The notes under the pieces: generated by a model | The model's input: only the letters and a program-made list of their open reading frames with translations | Databases searched by the model: none | Told to the model about the DNA's origin: nothing | Source: Macrostomum lignano | Lineage: Eukaryota | Direction: 5' to 3' | DNA: 64,000 bases | Assembly: GCA_002269645.1 (NCBI GenBank) | Contig: NIVC01002214.1 | Location: 8,016-72,015, forward strand | Part shown: piece after piece, positions 1 through 11,499 of the stretch | Position numbering within the stretch: position 1 is the first letter of the stretch | Layout of the letters: each line of letters begins with the position of its first letter | Program-made: the position numbers and the translations under genes

Positions 1-278
1 AAAGCAGTATAATTCATTATAAGCTACCATGTACATTCTTGCTCTCCTAATAACTAAATATTGGTATCAAAGAGCCTCCAGCTTGATAAACTGCTTAGCC
101 CAGCCCAACGAGATAAATCACAGGTAACATGCACTGAAAAGATTAATTTAATTTAAGCAGTTTTTAACTTCTTTTAGAGCTCCTCCCCTTATCAAAAGTC
201 CACTCATTTTTGTAGAACTTTTTTTGCGTGCTAAAAATTCGTTTCCCTTGCCAACAAAATACTCCAGGCTAAAGCAAA

Positions 279-1307
279 TTAAGAGTTACTCAAGCGAATA
301 CGGATCCCCCCTCCAAAGTCAATTGAGTACTCGCCCACAACGCTACTCGGTAGGACGAATTGAAGGCAAACTGACGGTGCAGCCATCGGTTCAGCGGCTT
401 GGACTCCTGCTGATTGTTGAACCACCGGTGGGGTAGCATGAGGTTCGACTCCTGCTGATTGTTGAACCACCGGTGGGGTAGCATGAGGTTCGACTCCTGC
501 TGATTGTGGAAACTCTGGTACCACCGGTGGGGTAGCATGAGGTTCGAAATCTCGTAGGAGATCAGACAGGCTGGCATCCGCCATCATTCCAGCCATATTT
601 TTTCCAGCGACTGGAACAGCCCTGTGCGGTGGCTGCTGCTCGACCGTGGCTTTTTCGTTCGTCTCCTCCGGCTCCAACTCGTGCTCCTCAAAGAAAGCCG
701 TGTCCAATTCTGGCGGAGCAACAAAATCAGCGGCAGCAGCATCATCGTCATGGCGATTTACCGGTGTCTGAAGACTGAGAGCACCAGCCGCTGGAACGTC
801 AACGCTGGCAGCTTGATGGTCGATGCCAGCAGGTCCAGGAGCAGCAGCTGGATGGTCGACGCTGGCAGGTCCAGGAAGGCTGGCAACATCAGCTGGATGC
901 TGATCTGCAGCAGCAAGTGCAACGGAAATCAAATCAAAAGTACATGTAGTTGAAATTATTGCAGATTGATTTCGCACACCTTGAATCGTCTGGCTCAGGG
1001 TGCTGACCGGGGCTCGATGACGCTCGATCATGTTGAGTTGCTCCTGGCGGTGGGCGGCCTCCAGTACAGTAAAGCGGGCTCGTTCGATGCTATCAGGCGA
1101 GCTCCAATTAATGATGGTGTGATTTTTATGGGCCCGAACTTGGCGGCGCACATTGAACAGCTCAGTTGTCTGGCACTCGTGGCAAAGCAACCAGCGACTT
1201 ATAATGCAGCTGTCTTTTTTGTTATGGAGCTTTAACCCACCGAGCTCACATGAATTGCAGCTGATGCACACCTCGTGCACGTAGGATGGACACCGAGATT
1301 TATTCAT
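279..1307 (-). CDS. Orphan 342-aa ORF with Cys/His-rich N-terminus and Pro/Ala-rich repeats; function unknown (host gene or transposon accessory ORF)
   Basis: ATG at 1307, TATA-like TATATAA about 80 bp upstream (1384-1390), no internal stops. Internal repeats have 45-, 54- and 33-nt periods that all preserve frame. Possible in-frame 75-nt GT-AG intron at 979-905. No recognisable family. Confidence 0.5.
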   Translation of the reverse strand: MNKSRCPSYVHEVCISCNSCELGGLKLHNKKDSCIISRWLLCHECQTTELFNVRRQVRAHKNHTIINWSSPDSIERARFTVLEAAHRQEQLNMIERHRAPVSTLSQTIQGVRNQSAIISTTCTFDLISVALAAADQHPADVASLPGPASVDHPAAAPGPAGIDHQAASVDVPAAGALSLQTPVNRHDDDAAAADFVAPPELDTAFFEEHELEPEETNEKATVEQQPPHRAVPVAGKNMAGMMADASLSDLLRDFEPHATPPVVPEFPQSAGVEPHATPPVVQQSAGVEPHATPPVVQQSAGVQAAEPMAAPSVCLQFVLPSSVVGEYSIDFGGGIRIRLSNS

Positions 1308-2389
1308 TATTTAAAAATCTATGAGAAATTTAGTTTAAAATAAAATTTAAATTTAAACTTCTCATATGCACATATTTAGCCTCTTATATACCCACTTCAA
1401 CCAAATCTGTGTTAATAAAAACATAGCCGCTATGTTTTCAGCTTTGCTATGTTTACAGTCAGCCACCCAATGTCCAATGATTTCATCAGCGCATCCAGGT
1501 ATTGAGCCCTTGTTAAATTCCCGCACGCCCCGCTAAATTCTTTTGAATACGCCGCCAACTTTACCCCACCCAGTCGAGGGTGGCAATAAAACTGATAACT
1601 GAGCACTCTCTCCTTTCAGCAACAAAGCCGCCGCCGCCGCCAGCTCCCAGACAGCGGGAGAGAGAGAGGCTTGGCTACCACTATTTTTGTTTACAGAAGT
1701 TTGTTATTACCGATAAAATTATATAATAAAGTATTAGTATAATACTGAATACAATAAAATACCGCTGATATTTGCCAATCGTTCAACACAATTTCTAGAG
1801 ATTCCCCTAGCTCGCCTCTGTGCATACTTGCGGATTCCCCCATGAGGTGCCTATGTACTCTCATTAGGAGTCTACGGAATTCCCATGGCTTTGCCTGCGG
1901 CAGAGTTGAGCTATGCAAACACATAGGCGCCCTTCTGATCCGGGCCCACGGAATTTCCGTGGCTTTCCCTGCGGCAGAGTTGTGTTATCCTCTACTACTC
2001 CGGCGGAATGGGTAGTAACGCCTCTCGCCGGTTGTGCGACAATGTCGCTTATAGTGCGCCAGGGTGCACACAGCAAAAAAATAGACGTGACACTATGAGC
2101 ACTCGGAGGGACATCTTCCGATTCTGGGCACCCCTTGCTTCAAACGGGAATCGAACTTTCCTCCTCCGATTCCTCCCAGTCCAGCTCCAGAGAATGCCTT
2201 CTGCTGAGCAGACCACAGGGAAAGATCCGTCGTCAATCGAGGAGGCTGCTGATCCACCGGGCTCTCCCTGTCGATTAGATCGGTGTACACTGGTCTTCTC
2301 ACACACTTTTTTACCCTGTAGCAATCAACACGGAGCCAACAAAGAATGGAGTACAATTTTTTAATAAACTACATGTAGCTCCTGACCTC

Positions 2390-2507
2390 AGCCTTGACAT
2401 CTCAGCGATTCCCCCCCCGTGAGCCTTGACATCTCAGCGATTCCCCCCCGTGAGCCTTGACATCTCAGCGATTCCCCCCCCCCCGCGTGAGCCTTGACAT
2501 CTCAGCA
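2390..2507. repeat. ~31-bp tandem repeat (GCCTTGACATCTCAGCGATTCCCCCCCCGTGA), 4 copies
   Basis: Directly visible; the C-run length varies between copies. Confidence 0.9.
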
Positions 2508-3242
2508 TTTACATCTTTTACGCGATCTTGTAGGGCCCAACCCACACCGCCGTGTCAAGGCCCTTGTGGTCCAGATTCAAGACCCGCACGAGCCCAGCTT
2601 CCTTGAATACCGAATGCTGGAGTGCCTCGGTAGTAGTAGCGTTTCTGGTGGTGTTGGGTTGAGTTCGATTTTATCTGTTGCAGTGCGAATTAGCTTTTAA
2701 TTTATTAGTTTTATTAACCAACAACAACAAGACGTCTGGCAAGGATTAAAAACACGAACGCGTGAAAAACATAAATTAAATTGGCGGGAAAAACCAGTTC
2801 ATCAAAAACCGAAACTGACTAAGAAAAATAAGAACAACCCAAAAGACTTGGGTTAAAGAAATAAAATTATTTTTTTTTATTTAGTTGCATAAAATCAATC
2901 TTTAAATAAAAAGTTCTTGCTTGACTTACAAACCAATTTAAATATCTAGATTCGTATTGAAATTAAAAATGAAAACGATAAGGACCACAATGACGACGCT
3001 GTTACAACATGATTATTGAAAGCTGTGCCATTGTTTGACACGATCGCTACCATCGCCCCCCCCGTACCTGATGATCCACTCAGTCAGAACCGTTTGAGAA
3101 GTGGTTTGAGCAGTTACAGGAATAATTTCGAACCTGTGAAGCCGTCAATAAAAAAACAAATTCCTGTTGCCTTATTTCCTGGAAATAGACACACATGGTA
3201 AACGTGCACTGCCTGGTCTGGATAGCCAGCAAGGGTGGACTG

Positions 3243-3677
3243 CATCGGTTCCCTAATATTTGCGGCAATCTATCTTTGCCCGGGCACAAGTGTCAGGACC
3301 ACATCGGTTCCCTAATATTTGCGGCAATCTATCTTTGCCCGGGCACAAGTGTCAGGACCACATCAGTTCCCTAATATTTGCGGCAATCTATCTTTGCCCG
3401 GGCACAAGTGTCAGGACCGCATCGGTTCCCTAATATTTGCGGCAATCTATCTTTGCCCGGGCACAAGTGTCAGGACCGCATCGGTTCCCTAATATTTGCG
3501 GCAATCTATCTTTGCCCGGGCACAAGTGTCAGGACCGCATCGGTTCCCTAATATTTGCGGCAATCTATCTTTGCCCGGGCACAAGTGTCAGGACCGCATC
3601 GTTTCCCTAATATTTGCGGCAATCTATCTTTGCCCGGGCACAAGTGTCAGGATCACATCGGTTCCCTAATATTTGCG
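3243..3677. repeat. 59-bp minisatellite, ~7.4 near-identical copies
   Basis: Unit CATCGGTTCCCTAATATTTGCGGCAATCTATCTTTGCCCGGGCACAAGTGTCAGGACC(A/G); period 59 (3243, 3302...). Confidence 0.95.
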
Positions 3678-4725
3678 GAGATTCCCGAGATGCGGAGATG
3701 CGGAGCATCCGAAGATTCCCATGGCATGAGTTTTTATTTACTACTCGGATTGCGGAGTTTCGGCTGGCGTTGGCTGTCCAGTTTCTGTCAGCTTCAGTTC
3801 AGCACGAGCTATTCCAAGAAAGCACTTCCAGCTGCTGGGAAATCTGAGTCTCAGCCTCCCTGTTTTTGGATTTTAAATCATGGTTCATTGCTCTCCGCCT
3901 AAGCTAGGCTTCGATCGCGGCCAACCAAGTGCTCATGACATGCCTCTTGGCGTGAAACACCACTTCAGCGCTGCAGCTTCAGTGCTCAAGACGAAGGGGC
4001 GTTCAAGAAAATAAACTCGGAAGTTCTCGAGCATGATCACTACGTTGATCATTTTGCTGACGATCACCTTGTTGGGACAAGACAGCTAGAGAGCTGTCGC
4101 AGTGTAGATTATCGTTCATTCATGAAATGCTACTATAAGTATAATAGTGGGAACACTCGCAGAGAAACTAAAACAATTAATTATGTTACCATTTACTCGT
4201 AATCATGAGCCCATTGCAACTTTTGAACACCACATAAGGTAACACAGTGTCTCCATTTCTATTTTGTTCACTAAAATTCAATTCAACTGTAAAAGGGTCA
4301 AATTCCTAAGAATTGACCTCTTCATCCCATCAAACTCAACTGGAAATAACCGGTTCTTGCATAAAAAGAGTATAGAAGATACAAGCACTCTGGGAGCCTC
4401 AAAACCTCAAACTCGGAGCGGTCCCAAAAAAGACTTGAAAAGAAAGGAACACCTGGGTCTTCATCTCTGAGCGAAATCATAACATTCGGTAAGCATTGCC
4501 AGTCTGTTATTTGATTACCGAGAACAGAGTTGTTGGCTGTTGATTGAGAAACCGAATTACGTTGAATTTTTTAGTTAAAGGCCTCCATATTTCTCATGTA
4601 TCGGATAGGATCCTTTGGAACGATTCGAATACCCTAAGACGTTCATTGATTGATCATTGATTGACGCTGATTGCGATATCCCAGAATAGCAGGCGGTGGC
4701 CTTTAGACACCAGACCCAATTCTCC

Positions 4726-5219
4726 TCTCTCTCTGTCTCTCTCTCTGTCTCTCTCTCTGTCTCTCTCTCTGTCTCTCTCTCTGTCTCTCTCTCTGTCTCT
4801 CTCTCTGTCTCTCTCTGTCTCTCTCTCTGTCTCTCTCTCTGTCTCTCTCTCTGTCTCTCTCTCTGTCTCTCTCTCTGTCTCTCTCTCTGTCTCTCTCTCT
4901 CTGTCTCTCTCTCTGTCTCTCTCTCTGTCTCTCTCTCTCTGTCTCTCTCTCTGTCTCTCTCTCTGTCTCTCTCTCTGTCTCTCTCTCTGTCTCTCTCTCT
5001 GTCTCTCTCTCTGTCTCTCTCTCTCTGTCTCTCTCTCTGTCTCTCTCTCTGTCTCTCTCTCTGTCTCTCTCTCTGTCTCTCTCTCTGTCTCTCTCTCTGT
5101 CTCTCTCTCTGTCTCTCTCTCTGTCTCTCTCTCTGTCTCTCTCTGTCTCTCTCTCTGTCTCTCTCTCTGTCTCTCTCTCTGTCTCTCTCTCTGTCTCTCT
5201 CTGTCTCTCTCTCTGTCTC

Positions 5220-5251
<32 letters not shown>

Positions 5252-5252
5252 C
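4726..5252. repeat. Compound (CT)n/(CTCTCTCTGT)n microsatellite
   Basis: Directly visible; explains the RE/SL-repeat ORFs in the track. Confidence 0.97.
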
Positions 5253-5712
5253 TCATTCTCAAGTGCACCAAAGGCGAACTCTTCAGCAGCCCAAGATGAA
5301 GGACTAAGCAGTTGGTGAAAATTCGTGAAGGGTAAGTGTTGTAGTAGATAATAGTTTAATCTTTATTAGCGCCTTAGCGCCTGGCTTCAGCTTTTTTAAA
5401 GCATTTAACTACACCTCTTCCGTTCAATATTAAGAAAACTCGCATTCTGTTTCGGCAGGCGGACATTCATTTCATCATTCTATATTTAGCTACTTCAACC
5501 GTCATTTGAATTCGGCAAGAACCCATTCAATTTCAGCAATCAGCATTCAATTTTGGAAAATTGATATTCTATTTCATACTATAGTAAGGGCGTTCATTCT
5601 TTTCTGTCTATGGATCAAGTCTATGCATAAATAGTTGTTGGGGCGGTTTCGATGCCGAACGGGATGACTTTTTACCTCGAGGTGCCTTTTGGGCATTAAA
5701 AACAACAACGAA

Positions 5713-5747
<35 letters not shown>

Positions 5748-5784
5748 AAGCAACTACAACAACAACAACAACAACAACAGCACC

Positions 5785-6267
5785 CAGGATCCTGCACCTA
5801 CTACACCGATGGCTCGGCCACCGGAGGGGTCGAAAACGGCGGAGCCGCTTGGATCCTCCTCGACCATGATGGCACCAGCCGTCGCCGGCCGAGGTCTATG
5901 GTAAAACGATCTCCTTCCATCAGGGACCTCGTCGCAAACAAATCCTCGTGGCGCAGGTCAGAGCAGGCCACTGCCCTGACTCCAACTATTATCGTAACCG
6001 CACCGGCATCACCGAAGGCGGCCCCTGCCGACTTTGCCTGGATGTTCCGGACCAATTTCACCTCTGGACCTGCCCTAAGCTCGAAGCTAATCGGCGCAAC
6101 ATCGGCGTCACTAGTCTGAGTGACTTTGCACGTGGTGACTTGGTGGCGCAGCTCCTGGGAGCCGTCGACTGGCGGCCCCTGTGAGTTGCTCACCGCAGAC
6201 AACAACAACAACAACAACAGCAAAAACAACAACAACAAAAACAAAAGCATCAACAACAGCAACAGCA
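5785..6267 (+). mobile_element. Internally deleted non-LTR retrotransposon fragment (RNase H start joined to C-terminal CCHC region) with (AAC)n tail
   Basis: One frame reads TYYTDGSATGGVENGGAAWI (RNase H YTDGS motif). Another reads ILVAQVRAGHCPDS...CRLC...HLWTCP (I/R1-type C-terminal zinc knuckle), with a stop at 6184, a short 3' UTR and then an AAC run. Confidence 0.75.
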
Positions 6268-6555
6268 GGAGTGGCCACCCTTTTAATCTGGCGGAGTTCA
6301 GGAAGCGCATTGGTAGGCAAGAGGAGGGATGGTGCCGAGACGTTGGAGCATGTCATGGAGTGCCCCGCCACGCGCAGCCTTCAGGAGAAGCTGGACCTGC
6401 ATGAGATGCGAGATTTTTGCAGGAGACCTGAGAACGTGTTTAATTTCTGGAGGATGATCCGCTTGAATGGAAGTCACCAGTAGCTTCTCGGAATTGCTAG
6501 GCACACACACAACACACACAACACACACAACAGCAGCTGCAGCAACAACAACAGC

Positions 6556-6589
<34 letters not shown>

Positions 6590-6626
6590 CACGAAGCAGC
6601 AGCAGCAGCAAAAACAACAACAACGA
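6268..6626 (+). mobile_element. Second non-LTR retrotransposon 3' fragment with AC/AAC tail
   Basis: Reads RSGHPFNLAEFRKRIG...WCR / GAETLEHVMECPA...*, a C-terminal CCHC-type motif, with a stop at 6483 followed by ACAC/AAC repeats. Confidence 0.7.
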
Positions 6627-6669
6627 CAAAATACACAGTCAGGGTCTTTATTTTATAAGTCACTGGCCA

Positions 6670-7330
6670 CACAATGTATGCGCAATGCTGTATGCGCTAT
6701 GCGCAATGGCACCTCGTCCGGACCCAGCGCTTGCCCGACCAGTGACTGCTGGACGCCTCACAACGTCGGCTCTTCTGACTGGTACAACGCTAAAACTCTC
6801 CTCTTCCGGGAAAGGCGTCTCCGCCGGTAGCGTCGGATTGTCTGACAGTGGGAATGGCGGCGAGGCGAGGAGAAACTCACGCAGCTCCTGCGCTCGTCTG
6901 CAGAGTCGCCTGCCATGCAGGTTTAGTGGAAGACGCCTCTTTCACTCCTTTAGAGCGTTGATAGCCGACCAGGCCACGCGACCTCTGGCATCGGGTTCAG
7001 CGGCAGAGATGGTCCGAATGACGTAGTCAACAACAGCCTGCTGGCGCTGCAGATAAACAGCTGCCATGGGTTCCTGTCCCCCGTGGGTTGGTCGCCTGGT
7101 CAAACGGAGCCCCTCAAGCTCTTCCTTCGCTTGCCGAAATGCGGGGTCGTTCTCGGGGCAGCTCACACGTCCACGTACTCGAGCACCTTCACGGTTACCG
7201 CAGAGCGCAGTGGTGAAAGCGCTGGCAAAACGACTGTGAATGTCGGCTTCTCTAAGCGTGAGGTAGCTCGTAGTACGAGCGTAGAGTCGCAAAGACAAAA
7301 ATTGCAGACGAGGAGTCGATGATGGGACTG
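6670..7330 (-). mobile_element. Decayed non-LTR retrotransposon fragment (linker preceding the RT domain)
   Basis: Minus strand reads ...VAWSAINAL...LREFLLASPPFPLSD...GQALGPDEVP, resembling the KAPGPDG pre-RT motif; stops and frameshifts present. Confidence 0.5.
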
Positions 7331-9672
7331 CAGAGCCAACGGCGTGATGGTGTAGTGTGAGCATCTTTTGTGTATTCTATTAGTTCGTTTTTGCATCATT
7401 GTTATTGAATTATTATTTTGCATTAATTTAGTCACGTTTTCAATGTATTTTTTTTTCTTGTTAGAGTTTATTTTGCGTAAACAGGTTAGAAGTTAGACGC
7501 CAATTCTGTGACTCAGCGGAGGGTTGAGTTTTTCTGCAAACCCCGGCTTTGCGCGGCCAGCCAATCAGAACCGGCCTGGACCCTGGCACGCGTCAAAATC
7601 CAAGTCTACCCGGCTCCGCGGGCACAGTGCAAATCAGCTTAGCGAGCGGCCGGCCAGACGACCACCACCCGGCTTGAGGGGGGGTTTTGAGGGTCTGACA
7701 ATAACTATATATGAAAGTGTGTTTGGCAATCGGATCTCACTTTTTTCTCTCCCTTCTTTCCCCGGTTCTTGGTTTTGTCCAGCTTCCCGGCCGCTTGCCC
7801 GATTGTTTTTGGTTCGCCCTTTGAGGCGCTTGAGTTCATCACCCCGGTCCATATTTTTGTCCCCTGCCCGACCGCTTCAGTCTTGTAGCGTAACGTCTAC
7901 GGCAAATTTCTGTCTGAAGTCGTCGCTATCAAGCGCGGTTAGATAGAGACTGTCGGATTTGACCAAGTACGTGGCCTCGACCCAGAGGGCCTCAGTGTCA
8001 CACTGAAGGGCAGCGCTGATAGAACTTAGTCAGTGCTCCGTTAAACGGTCAATTCGGCAGGGCTCTCGTTTGAGTGTAGGTTCTGGTTTAGGCTAGGGGT
8101 TAGGAGTCCTCCGTGTCGTGTTCGGTTTCTTCTTCTTCCGCTGAGATCCGCTTGCCAATTGCGTAATTAATTATTAATCGTTGTATCGTTGTTTTCATCG
8201 GTTCGAATTATCTGCACCGCGAATTACGTTAAGAATCTTGTAACTTTATTAATCAAATTAAACCGTCAATAAAATTTAGTCATTCTTGAACCAGGATTAT
8301 CAGTCTCTAAATCTATTCGGTTCGTCTTCCCCTGTGTTCTTTCTTTTCTTGTACTGTACCTGCGGCTATTGGAGAAAGACTGGTAGGACTCGCCGACCGG
8401 CGATGGGCAATTAGGGCCAATAGCTTTAAAATCTCCGAACGCTCCAAGTAGGTTTGTCTACGGCCTAAATAATTGCTTATCGTGCATGCTATATACATTT
8501 ATTGTATCTATCACAATGGTGCGGCAGTTGACAGCGCGGCGGCGCTTGTCTCCGTGATGCGTTACCCTTAAGAGTCAGATGAGGGTGAGGGCAGTCCGCC
8601 AAAAAAGTCAGTTACATGTAGGTCACACCTGAGCATGCTCTTCGAGACCAGCTTTTGACTAGCGCTCCGTTAGCAGAAGCCATATAGTGCGGAGTAACTG
8701 GCTTGGCATAGTAGGAAAGGTCCTGATTGTTCGTGTTTTTCCCAACTAAATTCTGTGAGCTCTGTGTCCCTGAATAACGGGCTGAATGCTGAGCAAGGAG
8801 ACTAAATGTCTGTTCACTATGTGCTCGTACTAGACATCTAAGATCATATTATATGGCTCATAGCTGCCTGCTAGAGAGCACCTTGTTCTTTTGCGTCAGT
8901 ACAGAGTGAGCTGAAGTTGAGGCATCGTGCAGTCGATAAGAGTTCGGAAGGTGCGAGTGTCCGAGCAGGCATTCCAGGCAACCTGTCTTCACCCCAGAGT
9001 TGTGAGCCAACTCAAATGCACTTGCGCTTATCAATAAACAGAAGCCCAGTGTCAGACTTGCGTCGTATTATGCATTATTTTATTAGCAATGCAAATTTTC
9101 CATGTTCGGATGCGAATGCGCAATCAAGCACATTAGTCGCCCATCAGCTTCTTTCTAATTTATGAACCGGTAACACGTAGCAGATCTCTGATAAAAAAAG
9201 CAAATCTGTCAGGATATCAGCCGACGACTTCCATTGAATTGTCGTCAACTCCAAAAAACGACTCATCCATAATGCATAGGAAGAAACCTCTTAAACAGAT
9301 ACTCGTACGTGCAATTGGAGACACAACGCGCAACATGCAATAAAAGTAAAAAAATAACAATTCGCTAAATTATAACGCCAATAACGCACGATTCATTAAT
9401 CGAAAAGCGGTTTGAACTGGTTGAAGTGTAAGCTGCACTGAATTATCTCAGAACACCGATTTCTGCGTGTCTTGCACGGTCGCAGCCGATCCAAAAACAC
9501 CGTGAAAAGCACGATTAAAGCAATTTTACCGTAGCAGAAGCGATCTCGCATGCAAACAAAGCTGTCAACACATGCCGATCTTCCCATCCAGCTTGACTTT
9601 GAGCCCTTGGCAGCATAAATTCGTGAGCATTGAGGAAGACAAAGCAAGCCTTAGTGAAGACCAGCACAAACC

Positions 9673-10468
9673 ATGCTGAAGCTGCTCATTGTCGCCTGCG
9701 CCCTCGGCCTGGCCTCGGCCATGCCCGACCCGTACGTCCTGTACGGTAGGACCGCCAGTCAGGGCCAGTTCCCGTTCGCCGCGTGGCTCGGTTCCTGCTC
9801 CGCCTCCATCCTGGACAGCCGCACCGTCCTCACCGCCGGTCACTGCGTGTGCCGCTCCAAGCCGACCTCCGTTCTGTTCGGCGCCGTTCAGGGCAACAAC
9901 CCGGAGTCCGGCTCCCGGAGGTACAGCCTGGACACCAGCCGGCAGGTCATTCATCCACGCTACACTAGCTGCGGCACCATTGGCAAGTGAGTATTCCACA
10001 CAGACGCTGTTTTGCTGGTTAGTTCTGCCGCTTTAGGCGTTATCACTTGATAAAAACTCATTGGCCAAAATACCACTGACCCACAGGGATGACATCGCCA
10101 TCCTGAAGACCACCACGGCAATCTCCTTCACCTCCGTCATCGGCGCAATCACTTTGCACACATCCGCCACCTCTGTCGGCCAGAGCATCACCATCGCTGG
10201 CTACGGCCAAGACGAGAACAGGCGGTCCGGCGTGCTGAAGTACGCGACCAGCACCGTGGAGAGCTGCAGGCGCTTCATCGGCGCCGTCTGCCAGTCGATG
10301 AGCCCGAACAGCCCGTACTACGGTGACAGCGGTGGCCCGCTGTTCATCACCGTGAGCGGCCAGCCCCGCCAGGTCGGTGTCGTGTCCGGCGGTGACTTCA
10401 GCAACAACCAGGCCATCTACGGCAACGTGTACGACAATCTGAGCTTCATCCGCGGGCTCATGGGCTGA
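9673..10468 (+). CDS. Secreted chymotrypsin-family (S1) serine protease, copy 1 (231 aa)
   Basis: Exons 9673-9986 and 10087-10468 (GT-AG, phase 2). Signal peptide; triad motifs TAGHC, DDIA and GDSGG; AATAAA at ~10502. Confidence 0.93.
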
Positions 10469-11499
10469 GCCTATGGTGCAATGTGCTGCATGCTGTGTTC
10501 TAATAAATAAACACGAGTACGAGTTGCTATCCTAAGCAGCTTTAAACGCTGCAGGTGCGATCGTATATTTTTGAATCTTCCTAAAAAACCTTATTTTATT
10601 TGTGAGTAGAACGCAAAAGTCACAGGCTGAAAAATATGCTGGGTTATCCGCGCATTCCACAGTAGTGCGAATACAGAATCGGTTGACCAAAACGTTTTAG
10701 CGCTGAAGAACTAACGGGGTCATCGGATTATCGAATATACATCACTCGGATTGCATGCAGGTCAATGTACACATGTACAACGCTCGTAAAAACTTTTGTT
10801 AGAAATTAACCTTCTGTGAAGTTTCGGGGAAGTGCTTATAAAACTGCACCCGGGCTTCAGTCCGGTTCGTTTCAAGTTTTTTTCCTAAGCCGGACCGTAT
10901 GAGGACCTGAAATGAAGGGCAACTGGGCTGCATTCGGTATTCAAATGAACGTGTCTTTGAAGCAATTGAAAGCAAGCACGACCAGCCGGAAGAACTGGAA
11001 AAACCGGAACTGTTGATCCTGAGAGTGCCGTTGCTGAGGTGCGGGTTTGACAGAAGCGTGCCCGTGTATTTTGCGGCTAGACTTCACCTCAGAGCGTGAG
11101 CTGTAGCTAAGTAGCTTAAGTAGTGTTGTGGAATGAACCTTATTGTCATAATTTCTTTGATCTTATATTCGTATTTGATTCGGTATAAGCATTGCAAGTC
11201 TTAAATAAAGAAAAGGAAAGCTGAGGTCTTACTAACGTTGGTTGGGAGTTACATGTAAGATCATATGTGTAATTATGTGTAACTGTAAAGAATCAAGGCT
11301 AACTTTGAAACAACGTGCAGCGGTGGGGAGAGATTTTTCAGAGCATACAAGTAGGTTCATGGTAACTTTAGTGGCAGTGCGTGAAGATCTCAACTAGTCA
11401 CTTCTATTTGAAACGTTTGTTCTTCAGTTATTTATGATTTTTGTCGGCTAAGAGTTGATTGTTATTTTCATAAAAAAAACTTCCATGTGAGCGGGCGGC

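Noticed and set aside
3243-3677. Regularly spaced 20-60-bp repeats (also at 28073, 29982 and 43106) as CRISPR arrays
   Set aside because: Units are contiguous with no unique spacers, there are no cas genes, and the context is a spliced eukaryotic genome.
4654-5307. Long low-complexity ORFs (RE/SL, SVS/HQY, SEA/LVR and similar, also at 16398, 21379, 29882 and 57899-59851)
   Set aside because: They are translations of stop-free microsatellites and minisatellites, open in several frames on both strands.
7500-8160. Possible LINE ORF1/gag remnant on the minus strand
   Set aside because: Basic, broken frames with no recognisable motif.
8850-9170. Possible hAT C-terminal dimerisation remnant
   Set aside because: The resemblance is too weak to support.
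10815-11253. Possible solo LTR (AATAAA followed by ...GGAGTTACA)
   Set aside because: I could not find a matching TG start with a TSD.
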